A stretch of DNA of 32,000 nt from assembly GCA_041657425.1 (NCBI GenBank), contig JBBABY010000008.1:17270-49269 (forward strand), written 5' to 3'. The position numbers and the translations under genes were made by a program. Shown here piece by piece: positions 1 through 8,965 of this stretch. The notes beneath the pieces are model-generated. The model was not told the origin of the DNA and did no database searches. It was given only the letters and a program-made list of their open reading frames with translations. This stretch comes from an archaeon (GTDB lineage: Archaea > Iainarchaeota > Iainarchaeia > Iainarchaeales > CSSED10-239). How positions within the stretch are numbered: the stretch's first letter is position 1; each line of letters begins with the position of its first letter.

Positions 1-89
1 ATATAATTAGGTATAAATATATTTTAAATATGTTTTGTTTAACAATAACTATATTATATCTATATAAATTATGTAAAAAATGAAAAACT

Positions 90-548
90 ATGTTAAAAAT
101 ATTTAAATCTATATTTAAAAAAATACCAAAAGAATCAACAAGAAATAATATTGCGGTTTTTGTAGATGGTCCAAATATCTTAAGAAAAGAATTTAATATT
201 GATCTTTATAAAATTAAATTACAATTATTAAAGGATGGTCCATTAAAAATTGCAAGAGTTTATTTAGATCAATATGCAACGGATAAATTAATTGAAGCAG
301 TTGTTAATCTAGGATTTGAAAGTGTAATTACTGTGGGGGACGTTGATGTTGCAATGGCCGTAGATGCCACAGAGTGTGCCTTTAGTAAAGAAATAGACAC
401 AGTGGTTTTTATTACAAGAGATTCAGATTATTTGCCTGCAATTTTAAAAGCAAAAAGACAAGGAAAGAAAACAATTGTATATCTTGTAGAAGACGGTTCT
501 GCGATTGCATTAAAAAATACTGTTGACAGAGTGGTTTTCATTAAGTAA
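90..548 (+). CDS. NYN-domain (LabA/DUF88-like, PIN-like fold) protein
   Basis: 152-aa ORF. 'IAVFVDGPNI' near the N-terminus and 'VVFITRDSDYLPAI' later resemble the acidic motifs of NYN/LabA domains. The size matches small stand-alone archaeal NYN proteins. Confidence 0.5.
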   Translation: MLKIFKSIFKKIPKESTRNNIAVFVDGPNILRKEFNIDLYKIKLQLLKDGPLKIARVYLDQYATDKLIEAVVNLGFESVITVGDVDVAMAVDATECAFSKEIDTVVFITRDSDYLPAILKAKRQGKKTIVYLVEDGSAIALKNTVDRVVFIK

Positions 549-559
549 AAGGAAAAAAT

Positions 560-1060
560 ATGAATTTGCCAGTATTAAACCCAGTGGTTAAAAATGCGCC
601 ACTAGAGAAAATAATTCCAGATAAATTGTTTTTAGATTTATTTGAGAAAAGTTTCGAAGGGTATATATATTTGACCATTCAAGGAAAATACGGATTTGAA
701 GAATCAATAATTATTTTTTCAAAAGGGAAGATTGAAGGATTAATATTTTTAATAAATGGATATGACACAGAAGTATTTGGAAAAGATGCAGTTAATTATT
801 GTTTAAATTGTTTTGGAGCAAAATACGGAATATTAAATTTATTTGTTTTAACAGAAGATCAAATTAAATTAGTCCTATTATTTAATGATAAAATAAAATA
901 TAGTTTAGCAGTAACTACAAAGAAAGATATGTCCATTTTAAAAGATATAAAATATAATGAGACAATGATAGAGAATCTATTAAAAGAGAAGGTACAAAAA
1001 GAAAAAACCAAAAAAGAAGTATTAGACGACTTAGGATTAAATGATCTATTAAGAGAATGA
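560..1060 (+). CDS. hypothetical protein, possibly DUF2226/DUF4388-like
   Basis: 166-aa ORF starting 11 nt after the previous stop, with an 'aaggaaaaaatatg' SD-like leader. The 'FEGYIYLTIQG...IIIFSKGKIEGLIF...FGKDAVNYCL' pattern is reminiscent of DUF2226/DUF4388 domains. It has a Lys/Glu-rich C-terminal tail. The family assignment is from memory and is weak. Confidence 0.3.
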   Translation: MNLPVLNPVVKNAPLEKIIPDKLFLDLFEKSFEGYIYLTIQGKYGFEESIIIFSKGKIEGLIFLINGYDTEVFGKDAVNYCLNCFGAKYGILNLFVLTEDQIKLVLLFNDKIKYSLAVTTKKDMSILKDIKYNETMIENLLKEKVQKEKTKKEVLDDLGLNDLLRE

Positions 1061-1076
1061 AACTGATGTGACAATA

Positions 1077-1514
1077 ATGAATGCAATAACCAAATTAATT
1101 ACAAGATTTTCAACAAAAATATTAAATATCGAAGATAGAACCACTGAGAGTTCTATTTCAACGCTATTAGATTACAGGCCAATATTTATTCATTCTTCTG
1201 ATCTAACAGATTTTTTACAGAAATTAAGAATGAAACATCTAATAAATGATATAATAATTACTGATCTTGACGGAGTAGTAATTGGAAGCACAAATAAAGA
1301 TATAAAGGAAGGATTTAAAAGTGCAGCAATGTATAATTATATAAATTCAGAAATAAAAGAATTATCAATAATTTTGTTTGAAGCAAATGGCTGGCAAATA
1401 ATTTTTAAACATGAGGAAAAAGTTTATTTCATTAAAGCAAATGATGGATTGTCAAGAATTGAAGTATTAACTATTGTTAAAGAAATAGAGAATTTTATAA
1501 AATGTATTGTTTAG
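1077..1514 (+). CDS. hypothetical protein, possible Roadblock/LC7 (MglB-like) fold
   Basis: The track ORF begins at GTG 1068, and the first in-frame ATG is at 1077. 'IIITDLDGVVIGST' followed by an alpha/beta-like pattern resembles Roadblock/LC7 domains. It lies directly upstream of the MinD gene. Confidence 0.3.
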   Translation: MNAITKLITRFSTKILNIEDRTTESSISTLLDYRPIFIHSSDLTDFLQKLRMKHLINDIIITDLDGVVIGSTNKDIKEGFKSAAMYNYINSEIKELSIILFEANGWQIIFKHEEKVYFIKANDGLSRIEVLTIVKEIENFIKCIV

Positions 1515-1557
1515 AATTATATTGTTTTTAATATATTAAAAAGAAGTGAAAATAAAA

Positions 1558-2370
1558 ATGGGAGAAATAATCGCAATTGTTTCAGGAAAGGGAGGTGTTG
1601 GAAAAACCACACTAACTGGGAATCTTGGAATTGCACTTTCTGAACTTGGTTATTCTGTATTATTGATTGATGCAGATTTAGCTATGGCAAATTTAAGTTT
1701 ATTAATGGGGCTTAAGACTCCGCCAATAACGATACATGATGTATTACTTGGATCTGCTCCCGCAAATGATGCAATTTATGAAGGGCCAAAGGGCGTTAAG
1801 ATTATTCCTGCAGGTTTATCAATATCATTTTATACAAGAGTAGATGTTGAAAGATTAGTTGCGATTACAAAAGATTTACAAAAGAAGTTTGATTATATTT
1901 TAATTGATTCTCCGGCAGGTATTGAAAAGAATGTAATTGCTGCAATGTCTGCGTCTACTCAAATATTACTAATTACAGAACCAACTGCGCCTTCTGTTGC
2001 AGATGCATTTAAAGCAAAGATAGTTGCTCAAAGATTAAATCAAAGGGTTTTAGGGGTTGTAGTAAATAAAGTTAGTAATACAAAAGGAGAGGTTTCAGAA
2101 TTAGAAATCATAAAAATGTTAGAATTGCCATCATATGGTAAAATTCCATATTCAGACGATATTAGAGAATCATTTTTATTAAAGAAAATAAAGCCAATTT
2201 TAGTTCATAATCCAAATTGTATTGCTGCAAATTCTTTTAGAGCAGTTGCAAGAAAAATAACTGGTAAAGAAGTAGATGTAACACAAGTTGAAAAGAAAGG
2301 TTTATTTTCTGGATTGATTGAGGCTTTAAAAAATATATTTAAAAAGAAGAAAGGAGTAAAAACAGATTAA
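1558..2370 (+). CDS. minD: MinD/ParA-family P-loop ATPase (archaeal MinD-like)
   Basis: It has the deviant Walker A 'SGKGGVGKTT', 'LLIDADLAMANL', and the Walker B-like 'ILIDSPAGI'. The C-terminus 'KKGLFSGLIEALKNIFKKKK' looks like an amphipathic membrane-targeting helix. The track start is GTG 1546, but ATG 1558 gives the canonical MinD N-terminus 'MGEIIAIVSGKGG'. Confidence 0.85.
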   Translation: MGEIIAIVSGKGGVGKTTLTGNLGIALSELGYSVLLIDADLAMANLSLLMGLKTPPITIHDVLLGSAPANDAIYEGPKGVKIIPAGLSISFYTRVDVERLVAITKDLQKKFDYILIDSPAGIEKNVIAAMSASTQILLITEPTAPSVADAFKAKIVAQRLNQRVLGVVVNKVSNTKGEVSELEIIKMLELPSYGKIPYSDDIRESFLLKKIKPILVHNPNCIAANSFRAVARKITGKEVDVTQVEKKGLFSGLIEALKNIFKKKKGVKTD

Positions 2371-2401
2371 ATTTGTTTTAATATATAAAGGAGAAAAAAA
2401 T

Positions 2402-2632
2402 ATGACTGAAATAAAAATATCGAGACCATTTGACATGCTTAATAATTCCTTAAATAAGCAAGTATTAATTACACTTAAAGGAAATGTTACAGTAAGAGGC
2501 AAATTAAAAGCATTTGATGTGCACTTAAATGTAGTTTTAGAAGATGCAGAAGAAATTGAAAATGGAAAACCAAAGGCAAAATATCTTGAAGTTTTCTTAA
2601 GAGGAGATAATGTTATTTTATTAACAGTATAA
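2402..2632 (+). CDS. Sm-like archaeal protein (LSm/SmAP)
   Basis: 76 aa. The Sm1 motif is 'VLITLKGNVTVRGKLKAFDVHLNVVLEDAEE' and the Sm2 motif is 'VFLRGDNVILL'. An 'aaaggag' SD sits upstream. Confidence 0.85.
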   Translation: MTEIKISRPFDMLNNSLNKQVLITLKGNVTVRGKLKAFDVHLNVVLEDAEEIENGKPKAKYLEVFLRGDNVILLTV

Positions 2633-2690
2633 ATCTTTTTGCTTCTCTTTTCTTTTTAAAAAAATTAATAGGTAACCAGTGTAATAGAAT

Positions 2691-3605
2691 ATGAATAATA
2701 TTTTTTTAGATGTTTATTTAGGTAGCAAACTTGCTGAAAGTATTAGTTCAGATACTACAATTAGTAATTTATTTACCTATAATAATCTATTTTATTTAGG
2801 TATATTTTTAATTGGAACGTTTTTTATATTTTTTGTGTCGTTTTTTCTAATTCCAAAATTATTTAGAAATCCACAAAATTATTTTAAAAGGTACATAGTG
2901 ATTAGAGAAGAGATGGCAAATATAGATGAATTATATACTAGAAAAAAAATGTCTTTTGAAGATTATTCTTTTGCTCAGTTTCATTATGCTAAAGAATATG
3001 AACACATAATAGTTTATTTATCTAAATTTCCGCAATATAAAGAAAAATTACAAAGTTATAAGATTTCTGTTGTAAAAATAAGAGAAACAGAAGAATCAAA
3101 ATTAAATAATACAGATAAACAACAATTGAGTACAATAAATTATTATGTGGATCTTTTAAGAAATCCAGCAGTTTTTTATCAAAAAAAAGAAATTTATCAG
3201 GCATTTTTAGATGAAGGATATATTCCAGATATTGCAGAAAAGGTTGTAAGTAAATTAGAAGATATGGGTGTTGAATTTGCAAGTCAAGATAAAGATGAAA
3301 ACCATAAAATTAATGATTTAGTTAATTCATTATTGGCTTCTAAAAAGTCAGAACTAAATTATAATTTTAATACAAGTATTAATCTTAAGGATTTATCTAC
3401 TAATAAAAAAACCTCGCCAAATTTCGGAGAAACTACAACTACATTTTCTAAACTTTCAAAGTCTAAAACTGAAAATAAAGACGAGAAACCTTTATTTTGG
3501 TCTACAGTAAAGGGAATATTTAAATCAAAAGAGCGCCCACACACAGTTACAGAGATAAATGATATCTTTAAAGATATCGAAACAACTTTAAAAGAAAAAA
3601 AGTAA
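2691..3605 (+). CDS. hypothetical membrane-anchored protein
   Basis: 304-aa ORF with one clear N-terminal TM helix ('LFYLGIFLIGTFFIFFVSFFLIP') followed by a Lys/Glu/Asn-rich soluble region. No recognisable motif. Confidence 0.5.
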   Translation: MNNIFLDVYLGSKLAESISSDTTISNLFTYNNLFYLGIFLIGTFFIFFVSFFLIPKLFRNPQNYFKRYIVIREEMANIDELYTRKKMSFEDYSFAQFHYAKEYEHIIVYLSKFPQYKEKLQSYKISVVKIRETEESKLNNTDKQQLSTINYYVDLLRNPAVFYQKKEIYQAFLDEGYIPDIAEKVVSKLEDMGVEFASQDKDENHKINDLVNSLLASKKSELNYNFNTSINLKDLSTNKKTSPNFGETTTTFSKLSKSKTENKDEKPLFWSTVKGIFKSKERPHTVTEINDIFKDIETTLKEKK

Positions 3606-3606
3606 T

Positions 3607-3759
3607 TTAATTCTTTGATTTTAATAACAATATTAATCCAATTACTATTAGAATTAATCCAATGTAATTATTAATTATGGAGAATACTCCTGGTAATGCG
3701 GGAATATATAATCCAATTCCTATTCCTAATAAAATACCGCCAACTAAACTTTGAGTCAT
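3607..3759 (-). CDS. small (50 aa) two-helix membrane protein, absent from the ORF track
   Basis: Hand translation of the minus strand gives ATG (3759-3757) ... TAA (3609-3607), 51 codons: 'MTQSLVGGILLGIGIGLYIPALPGVFSIINNYIGLILIVIGLILLLKSKN'. It has two hydrophobic, Gly-rich helices and fills an otherwise empty 233-nt gap. Confidence 0.45.
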   Translation of the reverse strand: MTQSLVGGILLGIGIGLYIPALPGVFSIINNYIGLILIVIGLILLLKSKN

Positions 3760-3838
3760 TTTTTCATCCCTTCCTTTTAATTATATAAATACAATAAATA
3801 TATATTGATTTGTCTTTAAATATATATAGGTATTAATT

Positions 3839-4534
3839 ATGAAAACGAAAATTGGTTTTGGATTATTTGATGTTTTAATAAAAGGAAAGATGAATCATAA
3901 ACCAGACACTTCATTTATGAGCGAACTTGTAGATTATGCTAAAGAAAATAAAAAAGAACTATTTTTAATAACTGGCCTTGATGAAGAGAAAGGCGAGAAG
4001 ATAATTCAAGAACAAGGAATTAATTCTTATTTTGATTCTAAGAGCATTCATCATATTAAAGAAGATTATTATTCAACACTTTCAGACATTGATAGAGAAT
4101 TAAAAAAAGAAGCAAAAGAAAAAGATCCAGATTATGCAGACGAATACTATAAGGTATATTTTTTCAATAATCTTTTTAAATACCCAAAAGAAGAAGCATT
4201 ATTTATTGGGCACGATATTTGGGTCGATGCTTATTATTTGCATAAGTATTCAAATATAAACTCTATATTACTAAAAGAAACTTTATCTAATAATCACGCA
4301 CCGAATATAACTGAAATAAAAGATTTAAATATTATTGAACCGACATTTGAAGATATTAAAAACTATATAATAAATAAAAAAGAATTCAAGTATTCTTCTC
4401 TTGATTCATATGCAAATAAATTATTATATTCTGAGATATTTGGAACCAGTTTATTTAATAGTAAATTAAGTGTAAGGAAAATACTTGACAAGAGTAATGC
4501 AAAAGTAGTTTTAAAAAAGAAAGAGGATGAATAA
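3839..4534 (+). CDS. hypothetical protein, divergent HAD-like hydrolase fold (weak)
   Basis: 231 aa. 'GLFDVL' (motif I-like, but the second Asp of DxD is missing), 'LITG', and 'FIGHDIWVD' (motif IV-like) loosely follow the HAD motif order. Confidence 0.3.
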   Translation: MKTKIGFGLFDVLIKGKMNHKPDTSFMSELVDYAKENKKELFLITGLDEEKGEKIIQEQGINSYFDSKSIHHIKEDYYSTLSDIDRELKKEAKEKDPDYADEYYKVYFFNNLFKYPKEEALFIGHDIWVDAYYLHKYSNINSILLKETLSNNHAPNITEIKDLNIIEPTFEDIKNYIINKKEFKYSSLDSYANKLLYSEIFGTSLFNSKLSVRKILDKSNAKVVLKKKEDE

Positions 4535-5167
4535 ATGCCAATTAAAACTATTGATTTAGATAATTCGGTTCTTTTAGTAATTGACGTAGTGAACTCGTGT
4601 TGTAGTGAAAAATGCGAAATAAAAAAATGGAACATAACTTATAAAAAAATAAGAAAGATGATTCCAAATCTTGAAAGATTTATTGTAAATTATAAAGCAA
4701 TTACAAAACGTCCAGTAATCTATATTAAAACAACGCCTTGGAGAAAAGAATTTCTTACAAAAAATTTAATTGAATTATATAAAAATCCAGATTGTAATTA
4801 TTATTCATTAGATAAAACTGGATATTCTGAGGAGCTTTATTTGTTAAAGCCAACTTCGAAAGATTATGTTTTAGAAAAAAACACCTATGATGCATTTACA
4901 AATAAGAACTTAGAAATAATATTACATAAATTAAAAGTAAAGAATATAATTATTGCAGGAGTTTTTGCAGACGGTTGTGTAAATTCTACAATAATAAATG
5001 GGTTTTCAAAGGGTTATAATTTTATAATTTTAGAAGACTTAGTTGAAACAACCGATAAAAAAGAAAGACAAGATATAAAAAATTTATTAATAAAATATAC
5101 TTGGAGACAAATGTATGGTAAAATTGTAAAATCCAAGGATTTATTAAGATCTTTGGAAACTAAATAA
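4535..5167 (+). CDS. isochorismatase-family cysteine hydrolase (nicotinamidase-like)
   Basis: 'LLVIDVVNS' (Asp), 'EKNTYDAFTNKNLE' (Lys / xxAF) and 'IIIAGVFADGCVNSTI' (Cys) match the family's D-K-C triad arrangement. The start abuts the upstream stop. Confidence 0.7.
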   Translation: MPIKTIDLDNSVLLVIDVVNSCCSEKCEIKKWNITYKKIRKMIPNLERFIVNYKAITKRPVIYIKTTPWRKEFLTKNLIELYKNPDCNYYSLDKTGYSEELYLLKPTSKDYVLEKNTYDAFTNKNLEIILHKLKVKNIIIAGVFADGCVNSTIINGFSKGYNFIILEDLVETTDKKERQDIKNLLIKYTWRQMYGKIVKSKDLLRSLETK

Positions 5168-5191
5168 TAGTAAATAAAAACGCGATGAGAT

Positions 5192-6421
5192 ATGAATATT
5201 AAAAAAATAAAAGCAATTAGAGTTCTTGATTCTAGAGGAATACCAACAATTAAAACTTTTGTTTACACCAATAACACCATTGCAAGCGCGTCTGTTCCAT
5301 CTGGAACAAGTAGTGGTAAGAGAGAAGCAATAGAGTTAAGGGATGGTGGCAAAGCTTACAATGGAAAAGACGTAAGTAAAGCAATTGATAATATAAATAA
5401 TAAGATTTCTAAGAAATTAACTGGAGAATTTATTCTTGACCAAAAAAAGATAGATAAAACTATGATTGAACTTGATGGCACAAGCAACAAATCAAAACTT
5501 GGCGCTAATGCAATTCTTTCTGTAAGTCTTGCATGTGCAAGAGCAGCTTCTCAAGAACTAAGTATTCCATTACATAAATATATTTCTAGATTAAACAATA
5601 AGCAAGAAGGCGAAATAATGCCAATTCCATTTTTAAATATAATAAATGGTGGAGCACACGCAGGAACTGATTTGGCTTTCCAAGAATTTCAAATAATTCC
5701 AAACAAGAAAACAATTTCCGAAAATTTACGAATTTCATCTGAAACGTATCACGCGTTAAAAGGAATAATTAAACAGAAATATGGAAGTAGTTCAATAAAT
5801 GTAGGCTTAGAAGGCGGGTTTGCTCCAAATCTTAAAGATCCAAAAGATGCTTTAAATTTAATAGAAACTGCAATTGAAAAGGCAGGATATAAAAAAGAAA
5901 TAACCATTGGTTTAGATGTTGCAGCAAGCGAAATTTACGAAAATAAAAAATATTTAGTAAATGATAAAAAATATTCTTCTCCTCAGATGATTGATTATTA
6001 TGAAGATCTTTTAAAGAATTATAGAATAACATCAATTGAAGATCCGTTCTCAGAAGATGATAAATCAATTTGGCCTGAATTTACAAAAAAGTTTGGAAAT
6101 AAAATAAATGTAATTGGTGATGACTTATTAGTAACAAACCCAATATTAATAAAAGAAGCAATAAAAAAGAAGCAATGTAATTCTTTATTATTAAAAGTAA
6201 ATCAGATTGGCACATTAACCGAAAGTATAGATTCTTTAAATTTAGCAAAGAAAGCAAATTGGAAAGTTGTAGTTTCTCATAGGTCAGGAGAGACAGAAGA
6301 TTCATTTATTGCAGATCTTGCTTTTGGTTTGGTTGCAGATTTCGTGAAGTTTGGAGCGCCCGCAAGATCAGAGAGAACTGCAAAATATAACAGGTTATTG
6401 GAGATAGAAATGGGAATTTAG
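5192..6421 (+). CDS. eno: enolase (phosphopyruvate hydratase)
   Basis: 409 aa. The N-terminus is 'IRVLDSRGIPTI', and the protein also carries 'GANAILSVSLA', 'NIINGGAHA' and the enolase signature 'LLLKVNQIGTLTES...VVSHRSGETED'. Confidence 0.95.
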   Translation: MNIKKIKAIRVLDSRGIPTIKTFVYTNNTIASASVPSGTSSGKREAIELRDGGKAYNGKDVSKAIDNINNKISKKLTGEFILDQKKIDKTMIELDGTSNKSKLGANAILSVSLACARAASQELSIPLHKYISRLNNKQEGEIMPIPFLNIINGGAHAGTDLAFQEFQIIPNKKTISENLRISSETYHALKGIIKQKYGSSSINVGLEGGFAPNLKDPKDALNLIETAIEKAGYKKEITIGLDVAASEIYENKKYLVNDKKYSSPQMIDYYEDLLKNYRITSIEDPFSEDDKSIWPEFTKKFGNKINVIGDDLLVTNPILIKEAIKKKQCNSLLLKVNQIGTLTESIDSLNLAKKANWKVVVSHRSGETEDSFIADLAFGLVADFVKFGAPARSERTAKYNRLLEIEMGI

Positions 6422-6528
6422 GTAATTTAGTAAAGTTAACAATTTACGAAACATTTAAAAAACAAATATTCTATAAATTTATTTATAATATAACTAATAT
6501 TAAAACTAAAAACAAATGTGATGATTAA

Positions 6529-7374
6529 ATGCCAAAAGATATGGGTGACGATTTCGGTTCAGATTTTGATGCAGGAAGCTCAGAAAAAAAACAATTTGGG
6601 GGAGTTTCTTTTAAATGGGAAAATCTTTTACCAATTATAGTAATAATAATTGTAATTTTATTAATTGTTTTTAAAACAAATATACTTGCAGGTGCAGGAT
6701 TATTTAGTACAAGTCAAGGTGCAAGAATATTAGTTCTTGGTGCACCAAGTCAAGAAACAAGACAAATTTTAAATGATCAAGAGAATAAAGATTTAATTAA
6801 AGAAGCAAGAATTTTAACTTTAGCAAGTATTGAACATAACCCCGCAGAAAGAGTTAAAGGTTATGATATAATAATACTTGATCAATCATTACAATCAGAT
6901 AAATCTATTTCTAGAAGAACTGCTGATGCAATAACTGATTACGTCAAGAAAGGTGGAAAATTAATAGTTGTTTTAAATTCAGGAATTGAGAGACCAAATG
7001 ATGTTTCTGTTCTTGGTTGGCAAGCAAACTTTGGAGATATAATTCCAGTAAGTTGTGATATGATAAATTCTGTGCCATCATGTAAGAGTCCAAAGGATTT
7101 ACAAGGAACACTTTACGCTTCACTAGAATCACATCCAATAATGAAAGGAATAATGCAAGTTCCAGCAATAGAAACAAGTGGGCCAATAAGGACTACAACA
7201 TTTGAAGTTGCAGTAGATGGTAAAGAGATTGCTTATTTAGAAGATGACAGAACTAATAAGTATTACACAGGTATTGTTGAAAAATCCTTATTAATGGGCA
7301 AAGTAATTTATTTCAATTTCAATCCCGGAATAAGTAAGGCAATATTCATTAATACTATTGAATACTTAAAGTAA
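6529..7374 (+). CDS. hypothetical N-terminally anchored membrane protein
   Basis: 281 aa with an acidic N-terminus and a TM helix 'LLPIIVIIIVILLIVF'. The extracytoplasmic domain 'YDIIILDQ...ITDYVKKGGKLIVVLN' is vaguely like class-I-glutamine-amidotransferase-fold (DUF4159/ThuA-type) proteins. Confidence 0.4.
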   Translation: MPKDMGDDFGSDFDAGSSEKKQFGGVSFKWENLLPIIVIIIVILLIVFKTNILAGAGLFSTSQGARILVLGAPSQETRQILNDQENKDLIKEARILTLASIEHNPAERVKGYDIIILDQSLQSDKSISRRTADAITDYVKKGGKLIVVLNSGIERPNDVSVLGWQANFGDIIPVSCDMINSVPSCKSPKDLQGTLYASLESHPIMKGIMQVPAIETSGPIRTTTFEVAVDGKEIAYLEDDRTNKYYTGIVEKSLLMGKVIYFNFNPGISKAIFINTIEYLK

Positions 7375-7397
7375 ATCAGATTTTACTTTATTTTGAG

Positions 7398-7432
7398 CCG
7401 GTTACGCTTGAGCTCGCGCGCAACTGGTTTTT
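7398..7432 (+). terminator. GC-rich hairpin followed by T5 (terminator-like)
   Basis: This is the only GC-rich patch in the region. ccggtt (7398-7403) pairs with aactgg (7422-7427, one G-U). The inner cgc (7405-7407) pairs with gcg (7418-7420). A ttttt run follows at 7428-7432. It lies 24 nt after the stop of the 6529-7374 gene and upstream of the TATA-like box of the L1 operon. Confidence 0.35.
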
Positions 7433-7440
7433 CTGTAACC

Positions 7441-7450
7441 TTTATAAATT
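7441..7450 (+). promoter_or_regulatory. TATA-box-like element for the uL1-uL10-P1 operon
   Basis: 'tttataaatt' lies about 70 nt upstream of the TTG start, and a strong SD 'ggaggtg' (7504-7510) sits 8 nt before the start. In AT-rich DNA such boxes carry little information. Confidence 0.3.
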
Positions 7451-7518
7451 GAATTATTCATATATTATATATTATATTTTCCCGTTATTACTGCTTTTAC
7501 GCAGGAGGTGCTAAAATT

Positions 7519-8190
7519 TTGGATAAGAATATAACAGAAAAACAAACAATAGAAAAGGCATTAACTGAATTAATGGCAATTTCTAAAAAAAGAAATTTTG
7601 ATGAAGCAATCGAGATGGTTGTTACTCTAAAAAACATCAATGTTAAAAACAAAGATCAAAGATTAGAGTACGCAGTTAGTCTTCCTCATCCTTATTTAGA
7701 CAAAGTTAAGTCTTTAGTTTTTGTTAAAGATAAAAATCTTGCTCAAGAACTTAAAGGCGTTGTTGATAAGGTAATTTTAGACGAAGACATCGCAAAGATT
7801 GCAAAAAAAGATGCAAAAAAGATGACTGAAGAGTACAAAGTATTTTTAGCTGAAGGACCTGTAATGCTTACTGTTGGTAAGCACTTAGGACAAGTACTTA
7901 GTCCTAGAGGTAAAATGCCTATTGTCGCTCCACCAAATATTAATGCAATTAAAACATTAATTACTACATCTATTTCTCAACAAAAGATTTCAAACAAGAA
8001 GAATAAATCTTCTGTAGCTTTGCAAATTAAAGTTGGAAAGAAAAGTCAAAGTATTCCTGATTTAACAGATAATACATTAACAGTAATTAAATCATTGATT
8101 GATAAATTGCCAGTAGGTTTACAAAATTTACACACAATTTATATCAAGACAACAATGAGTAAGACTGTGAAAATAGGTGATGATAAATGA
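7519..8190 (+). CDS. rpl1: 50S ribosomal protein uL1
   Basis: 223 aa with a TTG start behind SD 'ggaggtg'. 'FDEAIEMVVTLK', 'AVSLPHP' and 'VFLAEGPVMLTVGKHLGQVLSPRGKMP' are typical of uL1. Its stop overlaps the next start (ATGA). Confidence 0.9.
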   Translation: MDKNITEKQTIEKALTELMAISKKRNFDEAIEMVVTLKNINVKNKDQRLEYAVSLPHPYLDKVKSLVFVKDKNLAQELKGVVDKVILDEDIAKIAKKDAKKMTEEYKVFLAEGPVMLTVGKHLGQVLSPRGKMPIVAPPNINAIKTLITTSISQQKISNKKNKSSVALQIKVGKKSQSIPDLTDNTLTVIKSLIDKLPVGLQNLHTIYIKTTMSKTVKIGDDK

Positions 8191-8942
8191 ACCATACAAA
8201 ATCATGGAGGCTTGCACAGTTTGATGAAACAAGTAAATTAATTTCTCAATATAAGGTTGTAGGTATTGCTGATCTTAAAGACTTCCCATCTGCTCTTTTA
8301 CAAAAAGTTAAAAAGAATGTAATTGACGCAACATTTAGAGTTACTTCTAAAAGTGTTTTAAAGAAAGTTTTAGATGCAAAAGGTCATAAAGATATTGTTG
8401 AAAAATTACCTGAGCAACCAATATTAATCTTAACAAATAAAAATGCATTTGAATTATATGCGGCAATTAAGAAAAGTAAGGCGCGTTCAAAAGCAAAGAT
8501 TGGAATGCTTTCACCAATTGATATTATTGTTCCAGAAGGAGATACAGGTCTTCCTCCAGGTCCAGCATTATCTGATTTGAAGAAAGTTGGAATTAAAGCA
8601 CAAGTAAGAGGTGCAACAATTTTTGTTCCAAATGACACAGTAATTGCTAAAGAAGGTTCTGTTATCAATAGTGATATTGTTAGTATTCTTTCAAAGCTTG
8701 ATATTAAACCAGTTCAACTTATGTTAAATGTGATTTTAGTCAAGGAAGATGGAATGATATACAACAAGGATGTACTTGATATTGATGCAGAAACAATAAT
8801 CATGCAAATTGCAACAGCAGCAAAACAAGCAATTGGTATTGGTGTTGAAATTGGTTACATTTGTGAAGATACAATAGAACCAATGATTGCAAAAGCAACA
8901 AGAGAGGCTAAAGCACTTGATGCTTTAGTTAATAAAGAATAA
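8187..8942 (+). CDS. rpl10: 50S ribosomal stalk protein uL10 (archaeal P0), short form
   Basis: 251 aa. It sits between uL1 and P1, and SD 'aggtga' is upstream. '[20 protein letters not shown]' and '[21 protein letters not shown]' are characteristic of archaeal P0. It ends 'ALDALVNKE' with no acidic/GLxALFG tail. Confidence 0.85.
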   Translation: MNHTKSWRLAQFDETSKLISQYKVVGIADLKDFPSALLQKVKKNVIDATFRVTSKSVLKKVLDAKGHKDIVEKLPEQPILILTNKNAFELYAAIKKSKARSKAKIGMLSPIDIIVPEGDTGLPPGPALSDLKKVGIKAQVRGATIFVPNDTVIAKEGSVINSDIVSILSKLDIKPVQLMLNVILVKEDGMIYNKDVLDIDAETIIMQIATAAKQAIGIGVEIGYICEDTIEPMIAKATREAKALDALVNKE

Positions 8943-8965
8943 TTAAAATAAATGAGGTGTTAGAT

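Noticed and set aside
7395-7440. The GC-rich patch as a tRNA, C/D-box sRNA or other small RNA gene.
   Set aside because: At about 46 nt it is too short for a tRNA and has no cloverleaf. It has no C (RUGAUGA) or D (CUGA) boxes. A hairpin plus T5 directly after a stop codon is better explained as a terminator. The alternative of an L1 regulatory site is kept only as a low-interest finding.
6529-7518. Absence of rpl11 upstream of rpl1, as a possible rearrangement or mobile insertion.
   Set aside because: The L11 gene is not universally linked to the L1-L10-L12 cluster in archaea. No transposase, integrase, tRNA target or flanking direct repeats are present to indicate an insertion.
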